Assembly: GCA_003151815.1 (NCBI GenBank)
Contig: PLYN01000024.1
Location: forward strand, 19,917-83,916
DNA length: 64,000 nt
Source: Bacteroidota bacterium
Lineage (GTDB): Bacteria > Bacteroidota > Bacteroidia > 2-12-FULL-35-15
Reading direction: 5' to 3'
In this document: positions 52,575 to 61,801 of the stretch, in pieces
How the letters are laid out: every line of letters begins with the position of its first letter
Position numbering within the stretch: the first letter of the stretch is position 1
Made by a program: the position numbers and the translations under genes
Notes under the pieces: generated by a model
The model's database searches: none
Told to the model about the DNA's origin: nothing
What the model saw: the letters and a program-made list of their open reading frames with translations, nothing else

Positions 52575-53036
52575 ATGAAAAAATTAAACGGAAAAATTAT
52601 CCTTGTGGATGATGATAAATATGAAAAAGAACTTTTGAAAGATGCTTTAAAGAATAAAAACTGGGATGTGGATCTTGAGTATTTTATGAATCCCATATTA
52701 GCTTTAGAGTATTTTAAAACAACTAAGGACGAAATATTTCTGATAATTTCAGATATGGATATGCCTGAAATGACTGGAATGCAATTAAAACGAGCACTTG
52801 ATAATGACGTATTATTAAGGCACAATACAATACCATTTATTTTTGCAAGTACTTCTTCATCAAAAGGAGAAATTAAAACAGCTTATGTTTATAGGGTTCA
52901 AGGTTATTTTGAAAAACCGGTAACCACGGAAGAACAAGCAAATATGATTGATATAATAATAAAGTATTGGATTGTTTGCAAACATCCCAACGAGAGCGAA
53001 ACGGAAGAAACCAGCAATAATATTTTAAATGCTTGA
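52575..53036 (+). CDS. Stand-alone response regulator receiver domain
   Basis: IILVDDD, IISDMDMP, IPFIF.STS, VQGYFEKP. Confidence 0.9.
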   Translation: MKKLNGKIILVDDDKYEKELLKDALKNKNWDVDLEYFMNPILALEYFKTTKDEIFLIISDMDMPEMTGMQLKRALDNDVLLRHNTIPFIFASTSSSKGEIKTAYVYRVQGYFEKPVTTEEQANMIDIIIKYWIVCKHPNESETEETSNNILNA

Positions 53037-53159
53037 TGTTTAAAAAAATATAATAACCGTTGAAACAAGCGACACGAACGAAAGAGCAATAGCAATCCTT
53101 CAAACATTACCCCTTTTGTCTTCAGGAACCTTCAGCCAAAATGAATAATTGATAAATTC

Positions 53160-53522
53160 TTATACCTTATTAAAAACATTCTTAACACACGTTAAAAGTT
53201 CGTTCACATCAAGAGGTTTGGATAAAAAATAAGTAGCACTTAAACCAAGCGAATTTGCAACAGTGCCACCTTGGTCTAATGAAGAAATGAGTATGACCGG
53301 TATCCTGTCGAAATAATATTCTTTCAGCATGCTAAGCAATCCGAGACCTGAAATGTTGGGCATCATAATGTCACTCACGATCAAATCTATTTTTTGGTTC
53401 TCCAATATATCAAGGGCATTTGAAACATCTTGGGCTAGAATGACTTCATAGCCTTCTTCACCTAAACTATGACTGATAGCTTTAAGCATCAGTTCATCAT
53501 CGTCTACAATTAATATTTTCAT
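53160..53522 (-). CDS. Stand-alone CheY-like receiver
   Basis: KILIVDDD, LIVSDIMMP, ILISS, FLSKP. Confidence 0.9.
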   Translation of the reverse strand: MKILIVDDDELMLKAISHSLGEEGYEVILAQDVSNALDILENQKIDLIVSDIMMPNISGLGLLSMLKEYYFDRIPVILISSLDQGGTVANSLGLSATYFLSKPLDVNELLTCVKNVFNKV

Positions 53523-53550
53523 AATTTTAGTTTTTAAAATATATTTTATT

Positions 53551-54075
53551 TTAATCTTTTATAAAAATTTCCGGAAAAAACAATTGAACTATTGAGCAGA
53601 TAACGATCATTCCTACAAAAATACCTATAGCTATTTTTCCCATTAATTTATAGTTTTTAAGTTCCTTGGCAACTTTTATCGAATTAGCCGCATTGCTGAT
53701 AACAAGTTTAAGACGGTTAAAAACATTGTCGTTTTTAATGATGTAATCATATGCTCCAAATTTTATTAGATTTACCGCTACTTCCATTTTATCCTGGGCG
53801 GAGAGCATGATCACTTTTGTTTCCGGATTTAATTCCATGATCTTTTTTAAAACTTTCAACCCATCCATTGCATTCGGGGAAGTGCTATTCAAAAAATAAT
53901 CTAGAATAATAATATCAGGATGATATTCAAAATTCTTCAAACATTCTTCGCCTGTTGAAAAAGTTCGGATGTTGATTTCGAATTTGAACATTTTTTTTAC
54001 CTGATCTTTTAAAGATGCGGTAAATAGTGGGTCGTCATCCACTATAAAAATAGAAAGAGACTCTGAAGTTTTCAT
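53551..54075 (-). CDS. Receiver domain with a C-terminal transmembrane helix
   Basis: IFIVDDD, PDIIILDY, IMLSAQ, GAYDYIIK; ends IAIGIFVGMIVICSIVQLFF. Confidence 0.85.
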   Translation of the reverse strand: MKTSESLSIFIVDDDPLFTASLKDQVKKMFKFEINIRTFSTGEECLKNFEYHPDIIILDYFLNSTSPNAMDGLKVLKKIMELNPETKVIMLSAQDKMEVAVNLIKFGAYDYIIKNDNVFNRLKLVISNAANSIKVAKELKNYKLMGKIAIGIFVGMIVICSIVQLFFPEIFIKD

Positions 54076-54103
54076 CGTATTTTATTTTTTTAATTGCGTT
54101 AAT

Positions 54104-56596
54104 TTATGAAGGAAGAAAAACTTTTATTTTATCTCTTTTTGTCTGTTTTTGTGCTTTTGTTTCAGTTAGAATTTGCGCTGATCTGTTCTTTTCGACTGAG
54201 AGCATATATTTCTTGTCTTCCCATGTTTGGGAATCATGCCAATAAAATGTATAACTAATATTTTGTTCGTAGTCTAAATTTACTGTAGGTAGATCAGCGA
54301 AATGAATTCCTAATCCGGAATCAAGAGTTACAACATCATTAGTTGTTTCCCAATTATCTGAGGACCATTGGATGGTCGCTGAAGCGAGGCATTCTATACG
54401 TAATACTTTTCCTTTTGGTATGTATTTATATTGAGTTCTGAAATTCCAAATAATAATATTTGAAACTTTTTTTTCAATTACATAACGTTGATTGGTTTGT
54501 GATGGCATATCAAATACCTGCTTGGCTTCCAATGAACGACAGAGTTTTATATATTCTGAATGTGCCCATACTAATGGCATTGCGCCTCCTGTTGGTTTAC
54601 CTGTATATAGATCCAGTTCAGGAATATCTTCTGCATCCCAAATTTGTTCAGGAAACAATCCTGTTTCGGTTGCATAGTTTTCAAAAGTTTTTAATAATTC
54701 TTTGGCATATTCATAATTTCCAGCGGCTATTTCATAATGTGCACGTTCTCCTGTTAATAAAGGCCATGGGCGACCAATGCCTGTTCCATTAAAAGGGCTT
54801 CCATCAACATGTTCACCATAACCATCTCCATTGTATCTATACCAAACCGGCCCCAAAGGATTATCAAATTTTAATGTTGCATCAATTACTTTAATTGTAT
54901 TAAGTATATGCGGATCGTCCGCAGCTCTTAAGCCAAAACGTACCAATGCTAATGCATCCGGACTTACCATTTCATTGGCAGGACAAATATTTTCTCCTTT
55001 AGGACGATTGGAAATGGTGAGCAGTTCAGTGCCCCGATTATCAAAATCAAATTGTTCCTTTGCGTTAATTCTAACATAATAACCTTCAACGCCAACAAAT
55101 TTTGCCAGATCCGATCCGGTAACATAGGTCCATCTTTCTATACTTGAATTCCATGCATCTGCAGTTTGTCTGAGATATTTGGCAACCTGAGGTTCATTAT
55201 TTTTATCGGCATGTTCAGCTGCTATAAGAAGAGCCGCAATTTCAACAGCTAAGGTAAAAGTAGAATAACCTGCATTTTCTTCCCAACGATCTTGTGCTGT
55301 GATAGGACCATGCATAACAAGATAGCTGGCTGCTTTTCTGACCATTGGCCAAAAATGTTTCAAATCACTTTCCGAAAGTTCCACTTCTCTATTAACTAAG
55401 TCAACTAACATAATTGGTAAGGCTGTTTGATCCATTTGAATACCACTCCAATACGGAGACCCATCCAACCACATGTTCTGTGTCCAATGTCCGTCATCCT
55501 CCTGAGTAACCATCAAATAATTTAAAACTCTTCTCGCATCTTCAAATGCTTTAGCAGCAAGTAATCCACCTGCTGTTTGAACCATGTCTCTTGGCCAAAC
55601 TAAATGGTAACCACCCAAATCGTCATCGCCTTTGCTATATCCCCAAGGGATGGAAAGGCTTGCTATTAAAGCGCCAGGGTGACGTTTGGATTCGTGTGAC
55701 TTAAGCATTGCCGCACTAATATTAAAATATTTAGGCGATAAACTTTCCTTAGAAGTATTGAATGAATATAATTTTTTTTGCCATCCTTGCCACTCTTTAA
55801 TAAACTTCTCTTTGGCAGATTCAAAACTTTCAAAGATGCTTGCTCTTGCCCGTTGCCCGGCTTCTTCCGGATTTCTTCCAAAACCAAGAGCCACTATAAA
55901 ACTATTGCCCTTGATCTCGTCCAGATCAAATTCGCCTGTTAAAGCCACGTTGCCATTTTCGGCACGTTCAAATTCCCAAGCCATTTCTTTGTGTAACATC
56001 AAATCCTGCCAACCGTCAGAAGTTCCTACAAAACCTGCCGAGCATTTTTTCCAAGGTACTGAACATGCCAATGCCAAAGAAACATCCCCACGTTGAGCAA
56101 ACAACATTGGCAGCCCTTTGTAATTGTCAACCCAGGCAGTATTACATGATCCATAATTTCCTAAATGCGGAGCCAGCAACATAAACAATTTTAAATCTTT
56201 CCGTTTCTTGTTGGTAGGGAAAAATTGAATTCGTTGAAGTACGGTATCTCTGGTCGGATCAGAAATAATTTCCTTTTCAATACGATAATTATGATGATTA
56301 CAGCTGTTGGTAAGATGATATCCCGGAACACCTTTGGCCATATATTTAACATGGTGAGAAGTGTGAAGTTTCTCTTCAGAAAAAAAATCTTTCCCATCAG
56401 TTACAATCAAGCCCAAATCTTTGGTACAAGCCTGATCTACCTGTGGATAATAAATTTCATTTAAAATACCTTGACTGATTGAATACCAAACTTTGCTGGT
56501 TGAGTTAAGTGAAGTTCCAACTCCACTTTTGGCACTCGAAGTCCATCTGGCATCAATTCCAGGCCAACCAAAAGCAAATTTTTCTTTTTTATACAT
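54104..56596 (-). CDS. Glucan 1,4-alpha-glucosidase (GH15 glucoamylase with glucodextranase-N domain), cytoplasmic
   Basis: AFGWPGI..RWTSSAK.GVG, YHLVWPRD, QDRWEE, RYNGDGYG, GRPWPLLTGER, PEQIWD, PLVWAHSEY; no signal peptide. Confidence 0.9.
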   Translation of the reverse strand: MYKKEKFAFGWPGIDARWTSSAKSGVGTSLNSTSKVWYSISQGILNEIYYPQVDQACTKDLGLIVTDGKDFFSEEKLHTSHHVKYMAKGVPGYHLTNSCNHHNYRIEKEIISDPTRDTVLQRIQFFPTNKKRKDLKLFMLLAPHLGNYGSCNTAWVDNYKGLPMLFAQRGDVSLALACSVPWKKCSAGFVGTSDGWQDLMLHKEMAWEFERAENGNVALTGEFDLDEIKGNSFIVALGFGRNPEEAGQRARASIFESFESAKEKFIKEWQGWQKKLYSFNTSKESLSPKYFNISAAMLKSHESKRHPGALIASLSIPWGYSKGDDDLGGYHLVWPRDMVQTAGGLLAAKAFEDARRVLNYLMVTQEDDGHWTQNMWLDGSPYWSGIQMDQTALPIMLVDLVNREVELSESDLKHFWPMVRKAASYLVMHGPITAQDRWEENAGYSTFTLAVEIAALLIAAEHADKNNEPQVAKYLRQTADAWNSSIERWTYVTGSDLAKFVGVEGYYVRINAKEQFDFDNRGTELLTISNRPKGENICPANEMVSPDALALVRFGLRAADDPHILNTIKVIDATLKFDNPLGPVWYRYNGDGYGEHVDGSPFNGTGIGRPWPLLTGERAHYEIAAGNYEYAKELLKTFENYATETGLFPEQIWDAEDIPELDLYTGKPTGGAMPLVWAHSEYIKLCRSLEAKQVFDMPSQTNQRYVIEKKVSNIIIWNFRTQYKYIPKGKVLRIECLASATIQWSSDNWETTNDVVTLDSGLGIHFADLPTVNLDYEQNISYTFYWHDSQTWEDKKYMLSVEKNRSAQILTETKAQKQTKRDKIKVFLPS

Positions 56597-56672
56597 TTAG
56601 GATATTTAGTTTGATATTTGCGCAATTCAAATAAAATAATTGCAAGTAATAATTTTAAAATGTGTTATTTTT

Positions 56673-57353
56673 TTATTTGGTTTTCTTTGTAGATTTTACT
56701 TTTGAACTTTCAGTTTCTAATTTATCAGAAGCTAATATAGGTCCATTAATCTCATCAAAATAATAAGTATCAGAACTTAAAGAATTGGGGTTAAACAATA
56801 AGGTAAGCTGATCTACTTCGTTAGTAGAAGTTTCACTACCTTTTGGAATTTGAGAAAATTTAAATTGCACTACCTCCCATGCATTGCTCACTGTGGTATA
56901 AGCTTGATATTGGCTATTCGTTCCTGCTGGATATTCATTGTTACGCCCCTTGCTGCCCAATAAAATTTCTATGAGCGTTCCTACAGGTGCTGATGTATAG
57001 ATTTTCATACTTAATTGAGGAGGAATTCCTAAATACGTTGCGTAGTTATCTACAGCGGATAATTTGCCGGGGAAAGACATTTTAATATTATCGAATTTTT
57101 TTGTGCGGTTGCGGACATATAGCGCACAAGTTTTTGAGCTATTTATATCATTGAGTGCAGGGTTTATTGCAACAGTATCCAAAACACCCGATTTTTCTGC
57201 ATAATGTAAATGTTTAGCCCCTTCAAAATTATCATAACATTGCGATTGACCAACCATATAATTTGAATAAAATAAAAAAGCCATAAATACTACCGAGTAC
57301 ATTTTTATGCTGCTTTTATTTTTTGACAGACTTTCTTTTTTATTTGTTTTCAT
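56673..57353 (-). CDS. Exported single-domain protein resembling a carbohydrate-binding beta-sandwich
   Basis: N-terminal hydrophobic segment; 'NP....INSS..CA.Y.RN', 'AWE...F.F', 'LLFNP...YYFDEI'. Confidence 0.5.
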   Translation of the reverse strand: MKTNKKESLSKNKSSIKMYSVVFMAFLFYSNYMVGQSQCYDNFEGAKHLHYAEKSGVLDTVAINPALNDINSSKTCALYVRNRTKKFDNIKMSFPGKLSAVDNYATYLGIPPQLSMKIYTSAPVGTLIEILLGSKGRNNEYPAGTNSQYQAYTTVSNAWEVVQFKFSQIPKGSETSTNEVDQLTLLFNPNSLSSDTYYFDEINGPILASDKLETESSKVKSTKKTK

Positions 57354-57396
57354 GATTGTAAATTTTTTATTATAAAGATTTAATAATTATATAATG

Positions 57397-57481
57397 CGAA
57401 ACTAAATAAGATCGGCAGTGTCTTCTATTAATATTCGGTGATAAGGTATTTTCAATAGCCGAAACTGGAATCCAGATAGCC
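57397..57481 (-). promoter_or_regulatory. Island promoter P9 (CBM-like gene, GH15, receivers)
   Basis: Minus strand GGCTATC (57481-57475), GGCTATT (57460-57454), ACCGAAT (57439-57433), TAGTTTCG (57404-57397). Confidence 0.8.
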
Positions 57482-57614
57482 CCGTTAGGTATCGGTCGAA
57501 TTCATTAGAAATACTTTTTTAAAACATATTGTTTTTAAAATTAATTCAAACACCCTAGAGTTTAGCGGAAATAATAGAATAAAAAAAACAATCGAGCTTT
57601 TATAAAAATAATGC

Positions 57615-57698
57615 AGCCATCAATAATTGTTTTTTGGCGATTCAAAATCCCTACCGAACGAATATCAAAAAAAACAGAACAATGTTCATCTAAATTTG
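57615..57698 (+). promoter_or_regulatory. Island promoter P10 (nucleotidyltransferase-PGI-VTC operon)
   Basis: AGCCATC (57615), GGCGATT (57636), AACGAAT (57657), TAAATTTG (57691-57698). Confidence 0.8.
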
Positions 57699-57750
57699 AT
57701 TCCGAAATAATATATCAGAAAATTAAAATAACAAATTCATTCTATAATTT

Positions 57751-58758
57751 ATGAAAATAATTGTGCCTATGGCTGGTATGGGAAAGCGAATGCGACCACA
57801 TACATTAACAACTCCCAAACCTCTTTTGCCTATTGCCGGCAAGTCAATTGTACAAAGATTAGTAGAAGATATTGCGAATGCTTGTTCTGAAAAGGTAGAT
57901 GAAATTGTATTTATTATTGGTCATTTTGGAAAAGAAACGGAAGATCATTTAAAAAAAATTGCAAATGATCTTGGAGCTATTGGAACAATTTATTATCAGG
58001 AAGAAGCCTTGGGGACAGCCCACGCTATCTTGTGTGCGAAAGAAGCATTAACAGGAAAAGTTGTAATTGCTTTTGCCGATACACTTTTTAAAGCAGATTT
58101 TAAAATAGATGATTCTCAGGAAGGAATTATATGGGTTCAAAAAATAGAAGATCCAAAAGCTTTCGGTGTTGTAAAAGTAAATGATAAAAATGTAATTACT
58201 GATTTTTTTGAAAAACCGGAACACTTTGTATCTGACTTGGCAATCATTGGTATCTATTATATAAAAGATGGAGCAAATCTTAGAAAAGAATTACAATACC
58301 TGATCGATAATAATATAAAAGACAAAGGTGAATTTCAATTAACCAATGCTTTGGAGAACATGAAAAACAAAGGGATTGAGTTTACCCCAGGAAAGGTGAT
58401 AGAATGGTTGGATTGTGGAAACAAAGACTCGACGGTTTATACCAATCAAAGGATTTTAGAATTTAACAAAGGAAAAAATTTAATTTCAAAAACACATACT
58501 TCTTTAAACTCCGTGATCATTGAGCCCTGTTACATTGGTGAAAATGTAAAATTGATCAACTCAGTTGTTGGGCCTTACGTTTCGATAGGAAATAATTCGG
58601 TCATCGAAGATTCAGTAATTAAAAACAGCATTGTTCAAACGCACGCAAAAATTTCCTTCGCTAATATTCACAACTCTATGTTTGGAAATTATGTTGATTT
58701 TAAAAACAGCAATTCTGAATTGAGTATGGGAGATTATAGTACCCAGCACAACAAATAA
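57751..58758 (+). CDS. Sugar-1-phosphate nucleotidyltransferase with hexapeptide tail
   Basis: IVPMAGMGKRMRPHT..TPKPL, QEEALGTAHA, EKP, WLDCG. Confidence 0.88.
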   Translation: MKIIVPMAGMGKRMRPHTLTTPKPLLPIAGKSIVQRLVEDIANACSEKVDEIVFIIGHFGKETEDHLKKIANDLGAIGTIYYQEEALGTAHAILCAKEALTGKVVIAFADTLFKADFKIDDSQEGIIWVQKIEDPKAFGVVKVNDKNVITDFFEKPEHFVSDLAIIGIYYIKDGANLRKELQYLIDNNIKDKGEFQLTNALENMKNKGIEFTPGKVIEWLDCGNKDSTVYTNQRILEFNKGKNLISKTHTSLNSVIIEPCYIGENVKLINSVVGPYVSIGNNSVIEDSVIKNSIVQTHAKISFANIHNSMFGNYVDFKNSNSELSMGDYSTQHNK

Positions 58759-58832
58759 TGGTTAATGATAAATAACAATTAATAAAATTTAACAGATAAT
58801 AAGTAACAAATAACAATTAACAATTATTAGAG

Positions 58833-60704
58833 ATGGACGCAGGAAATGGATTAAGCCTTGAGCTTGGAAAATATCAAAAACAAGTTAATATCCGTTTAAA
58901 AGAAATGCAAGGTCAGGACTTTGTGAAACGCCTATGGAATAAAGAGGAAGATCTTTGGATAAAAGGAAATATTCAATCCGAAATTTCTGATCTTTCAATG
59001 GGTTGGCTGAATGTTGCAAGTAAAATGTTAGACAATTTACCCTTGATAGAAAAATTTAGTAAAACGATTCAGCTCTCAGGACTTCACCACATTGTGCTTT
59101 TTGGAATGGGTGGTAGCAGTTTAACTCCTTTAGTTTTTCAAAAAACATTTATGAATAAAGAGTCTCTTGGACAAACTTTTGCGGAAGGAATGAAACTTAT
59201 CGTTTTGGATAGTACTGAACCTGAAACAATAAAAAATATTGAAAATGAAATAAACATTTCGAAAACACTTTTTATTGTGTCTAGTAAATCAGGTACTACT
59301 GCGGAAGTTATGGCCTTGTATAATTATTTTTTCAATAAAGTATTTGCTATAAAAGGAGAGAAAGCCGGAGACAATTTTATTGCTATTACAGATGAGGGAT
59401 CACCTCTTGTCGAATTGGCTAACAGTAAAAATTTTCGTGAAACGTTTATAAATTTTCGGGATATAGGAGGAAGATATTCTGCCCTTTCCTATTTTGGAAT
59501 ATTACCTGCAGTATTGATGGGTGTTAATGTTAAAGAACTTCTGGAACGGACACTGTTGATGATTAAAGCGTGCGGTTCTCAGGTTCCTGCTTCCCAAAAC
59601 CCGGGTGTAATTTTGGGTGCTGCAATTGCCGAACTTGCCAAACAAGGCCATGATAAATTAACCTATTTACTTCCTTCATCATTTTCATCATTTGGATTAT
59701 GGTTGGAACAATTATTAGCAGAAAGCACAGGTAAAAATGACAAAGGGATACTACCATTAAATGGTAATCCTTTAGCTGGTGCAAATACATATGGAAACGA
59801 TCGTTTGTTTTTTCAAATGGAATTATCGGGTAAGAAAGATGAGATTCAATCTGAAAGGCTAAAAGACCTTATTTCAATGGAATACCCTGTTATAAGTATT
59901 CAAATTAAAGATGAACTTGATCTTGGGAGGGAATTTTTCCGTTGGGAAATTGCAACTGCAACAGCGGGAGCTATTTTAGGTGTAAACCCTTTTAACCAAC
60001 CGAATGTACAGGAAAGTAAAAAATGTACGGATCGATTATTAAAAATGATCGAGGAGGATGGCAAACTTCCTGACATGACTCCAACGTTAACTGAAAATTC
60101 AGTACATTATTATTATACATCACAAAAGCAAAAAAATGCAGATGTTTCCAATTCTAACAACTATCAGGGTGGAGCAAAATCACTCATGGAAGAATTTCTA
60201 CAGCTTGCAAAACCGGGAGATTATATTTCACTCCAAGCCTACTTACCTGAAATTACAGTTGTGAATAAATATATTTTTGGGCTTCAGCAATATTTGCAAA
60301 AAAGGCTACATGTGGCAGTTACAACAGAATTTGGTCCACGATACCTTCATTCAACGGGTCAATACAATAAGGGCGGTCCTAATACAGGTATTTTTATTCA
60401 ATTTATTGGCAGTTCAGTTTCTGATCTTCCAATACCTGACCATGCGTATTCTTTTGGTCTGCTAAAAAAGGCGCAGGCAATTGGAGACATGGAAGCTCTT
60501 GTTATGCATAAAAGAAGAGTTATATTAATTGATTTGGGAGAAGATATCATTAATGGATTGAATTCATTCAAGCAAGTAATTGAAAAAGTACAGCCGGTTT
60601 TATTCAATGAAGATTCCAAGAAAAAAAACATTATAACACCGAAACCATTACTTGGCAGAAGCGATTATACACAAAGATACGATGCCGAAAGGATAGGATT
60701 ATAA
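58833..60704 (+). CDS. pgi: Glucose-6-phosphate isomerase (type seen in Tal/Pgi fusions, here without Tal)
   Basis: GMGGSSL, SSKSGTT.E, IGGRYSALS, WLEQLLAESTGK, NPFNQPNVQESK, GPRYLHSTGQ..KGG. Confidence 0.8.
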   Translation: MDAGNGLSLELGKYQKQVNIRLKEMQGQDFVKRLWNKEEDLWIKGNIQSEISDLSMGWLNVASKMLDNLPLIEKFSKTIQLSGLHHIVLFGMGGSSLTPLVFQKTFMNKESLGQTFAEGMKLIVLDSTEPETIKNIENEINISKTLFIVSSKSGTTAEVMALYNYFFNKVFAIKGEKAGDNFIAITDEGSPLVELANSKNFRETFINFRDIGGRYSALSYFGILPAVLMGVNVKELLERTLLMIKACGSQVPASQNPGVILGAAIAELAKQGHDKLTYLLPSSFSSFGLWLEQLLAESTGKNDKGILPLNGNPLAGANTYGNDRLFFQMELSGKKDEIQSERLKDLISMEYPVISIQIKDELDLGREFFRWEIATATAGAILGVNPFNQPNVQESKKCTDRLLKMIEEDGKLPDMTPTLTENSVHYYYTSQKQKNADVSNSNNYQGGAKSLMEEFLQLAKPGDYISLQAYLPEITVVNKYIFGLQQYLQKRLHVAVTTEFGPRYLHSTGQYNKGGPNTGIFIQFIGSSVSDLPIPDHAYSFGLLKKAQAIGDMEALVMHKRRVILIDLGEDIINGLNSFKQVIEKVQPVLFNEDSKKKNIITPKPLLGRSDYTQRYDAERIGL

Positions 60705-60761
60705 GAGAGTGTGGCATACCAAGAAAAATGAAATTCCGTTTTTAATTAAAAACAATCACAA

Positions 60762-61184
60762 ATGAGATCAATTCATCTACAATTATTTTCAATATGTTTT
60801 CTGGTAATTTTTTCCTCTTGTAAAAAAGAGGCGGGTCAGGGGGGAACTTCTTTCATCAAAGGAAAAGTTCAAGCTCAATATTATGACAAGACTTTTTCAA
60901 CCCTAAAGGACACAGGTTATGCGCCTAATGTTGAAGTTTACATCATTTATGGAGACATGCCCTCTTATGGAAATCATCAAAAAACAAATTATGACGGTAC
61001 TTATGAGTTCCTGTATTTAAGAAATGGATCTTATAAAATTTATGCTTACTCTCAGGACACTACCGGCCTATACAAGTATCAAGTAAATATATATTCTCCT
61101 TTGTTATCCATTATTAAAAATGTTGAGATCACAAAAAAAAAGCAGACTGTTGAAGTGCCGGATATCAATGTTATCTTAAAATAA
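60762..61184 (+). CDS. Small lipoprotein
   Basis: Lipobox FSS-C; 'GG...IKGKV', 'VYIIYG', 'DGTYEF.YLR.G.YKIYAYS'. Confidence 0.7.
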   Translation: MRSIHLQLFSICFLVIFSSCKKEAGQGGTSFIKGKVQAQYYDKTFSTLKDTGYAPNVEVYIIYGDMPSYGNHQKTNYDGTYEFLYLRNGSYKIYAYSQDTTGLYKYQVNIYSPLLSIIKNVEITKKKQTVEVPDINVILK

Positions 61185-61210
61185 TTAATTAATAAATTAA
61201 TCTCATTCTT

Positions 61211-61801
61211 ATGAACTTAAAATATATTTTTTGCCTTTTCATTATCTATGTGATTGGAGATTCTTGCTTTGCTCAAAGCAAAAAAACGGTTCTTAAAAAT
61301 AAGATCAAATCAGTTATAGAGAATGTTACCCTATACGAAAATGGTAAGGAGGTAACATATAAAGAATCCTATATCCTTTATAATAAAGAAGGGCAGGTAT
61401 TGACAGAAACAAAATATAATAAGGATGGCAGCATCAAGAAACAAGAAACATTTCAGTATGCTACCGGAAGAAACATGACGGAGAAAATTATTTATCATCA
61501 GGCAGATGAGGATCAAAAAAAAGGGATTGAGAATAAAAGAACCACTTTTAAGTATAACCTTGACAATGATAAAACGGAAGAAGTAGAATACGATAGCAAC
61601 AGTAAGGTGATACAAAAAGTGATATATGCTTATAACAACAAAGGGGAAAAAAATTCTGAGACATCTTATGACGGTGAAGGAAAGATGAAGAAAAAAGTTA
61701 ATTACACCTATAATAGAAAAAGCCTGAAAACAAAACGCGAGAGTTATTTGGTAGATAATACTCTTGAATCAATTAAAACATATACTTATGAATTCTATTA
61801 G
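61211..61801 (+). CDS. Exported protein with YD-like beta-hairpin repeats
   Basis: Signal peptide; repeated 'Y.YN.KG...E..YD..G' units. Confidence 0.6.
   Translation: MNLKYIFCLFIIYVIGDSCFAQSKKTVLKNKIKSVIENVTLYENGKEVTYKESYILYNKEGQVLTETKYNKDGSIKKQETFQYATGRNMTEKIIYHQADEDQKKGIENKRTTFKYNLDNDKTEEVEYDSNSKVIQKVIYAYNNKGEKNSETSYDGEGKMKKKVNYTYNRKSLKTKRESYLVDNTLESIKTYTYEFY

Noticed and set aside
23956-57663. Reading GGCTAT-N17-CGAA as the -35/-10 pair of an ECF or alternative sigma factor
   Set aside because: A third box usually occurs one more 21-bp period upstream, and a housekeeping-type -7 box follows at a fixed 32-33 bp. This fits an activator site better, though only TSS mapping can fully exclude the alternative.
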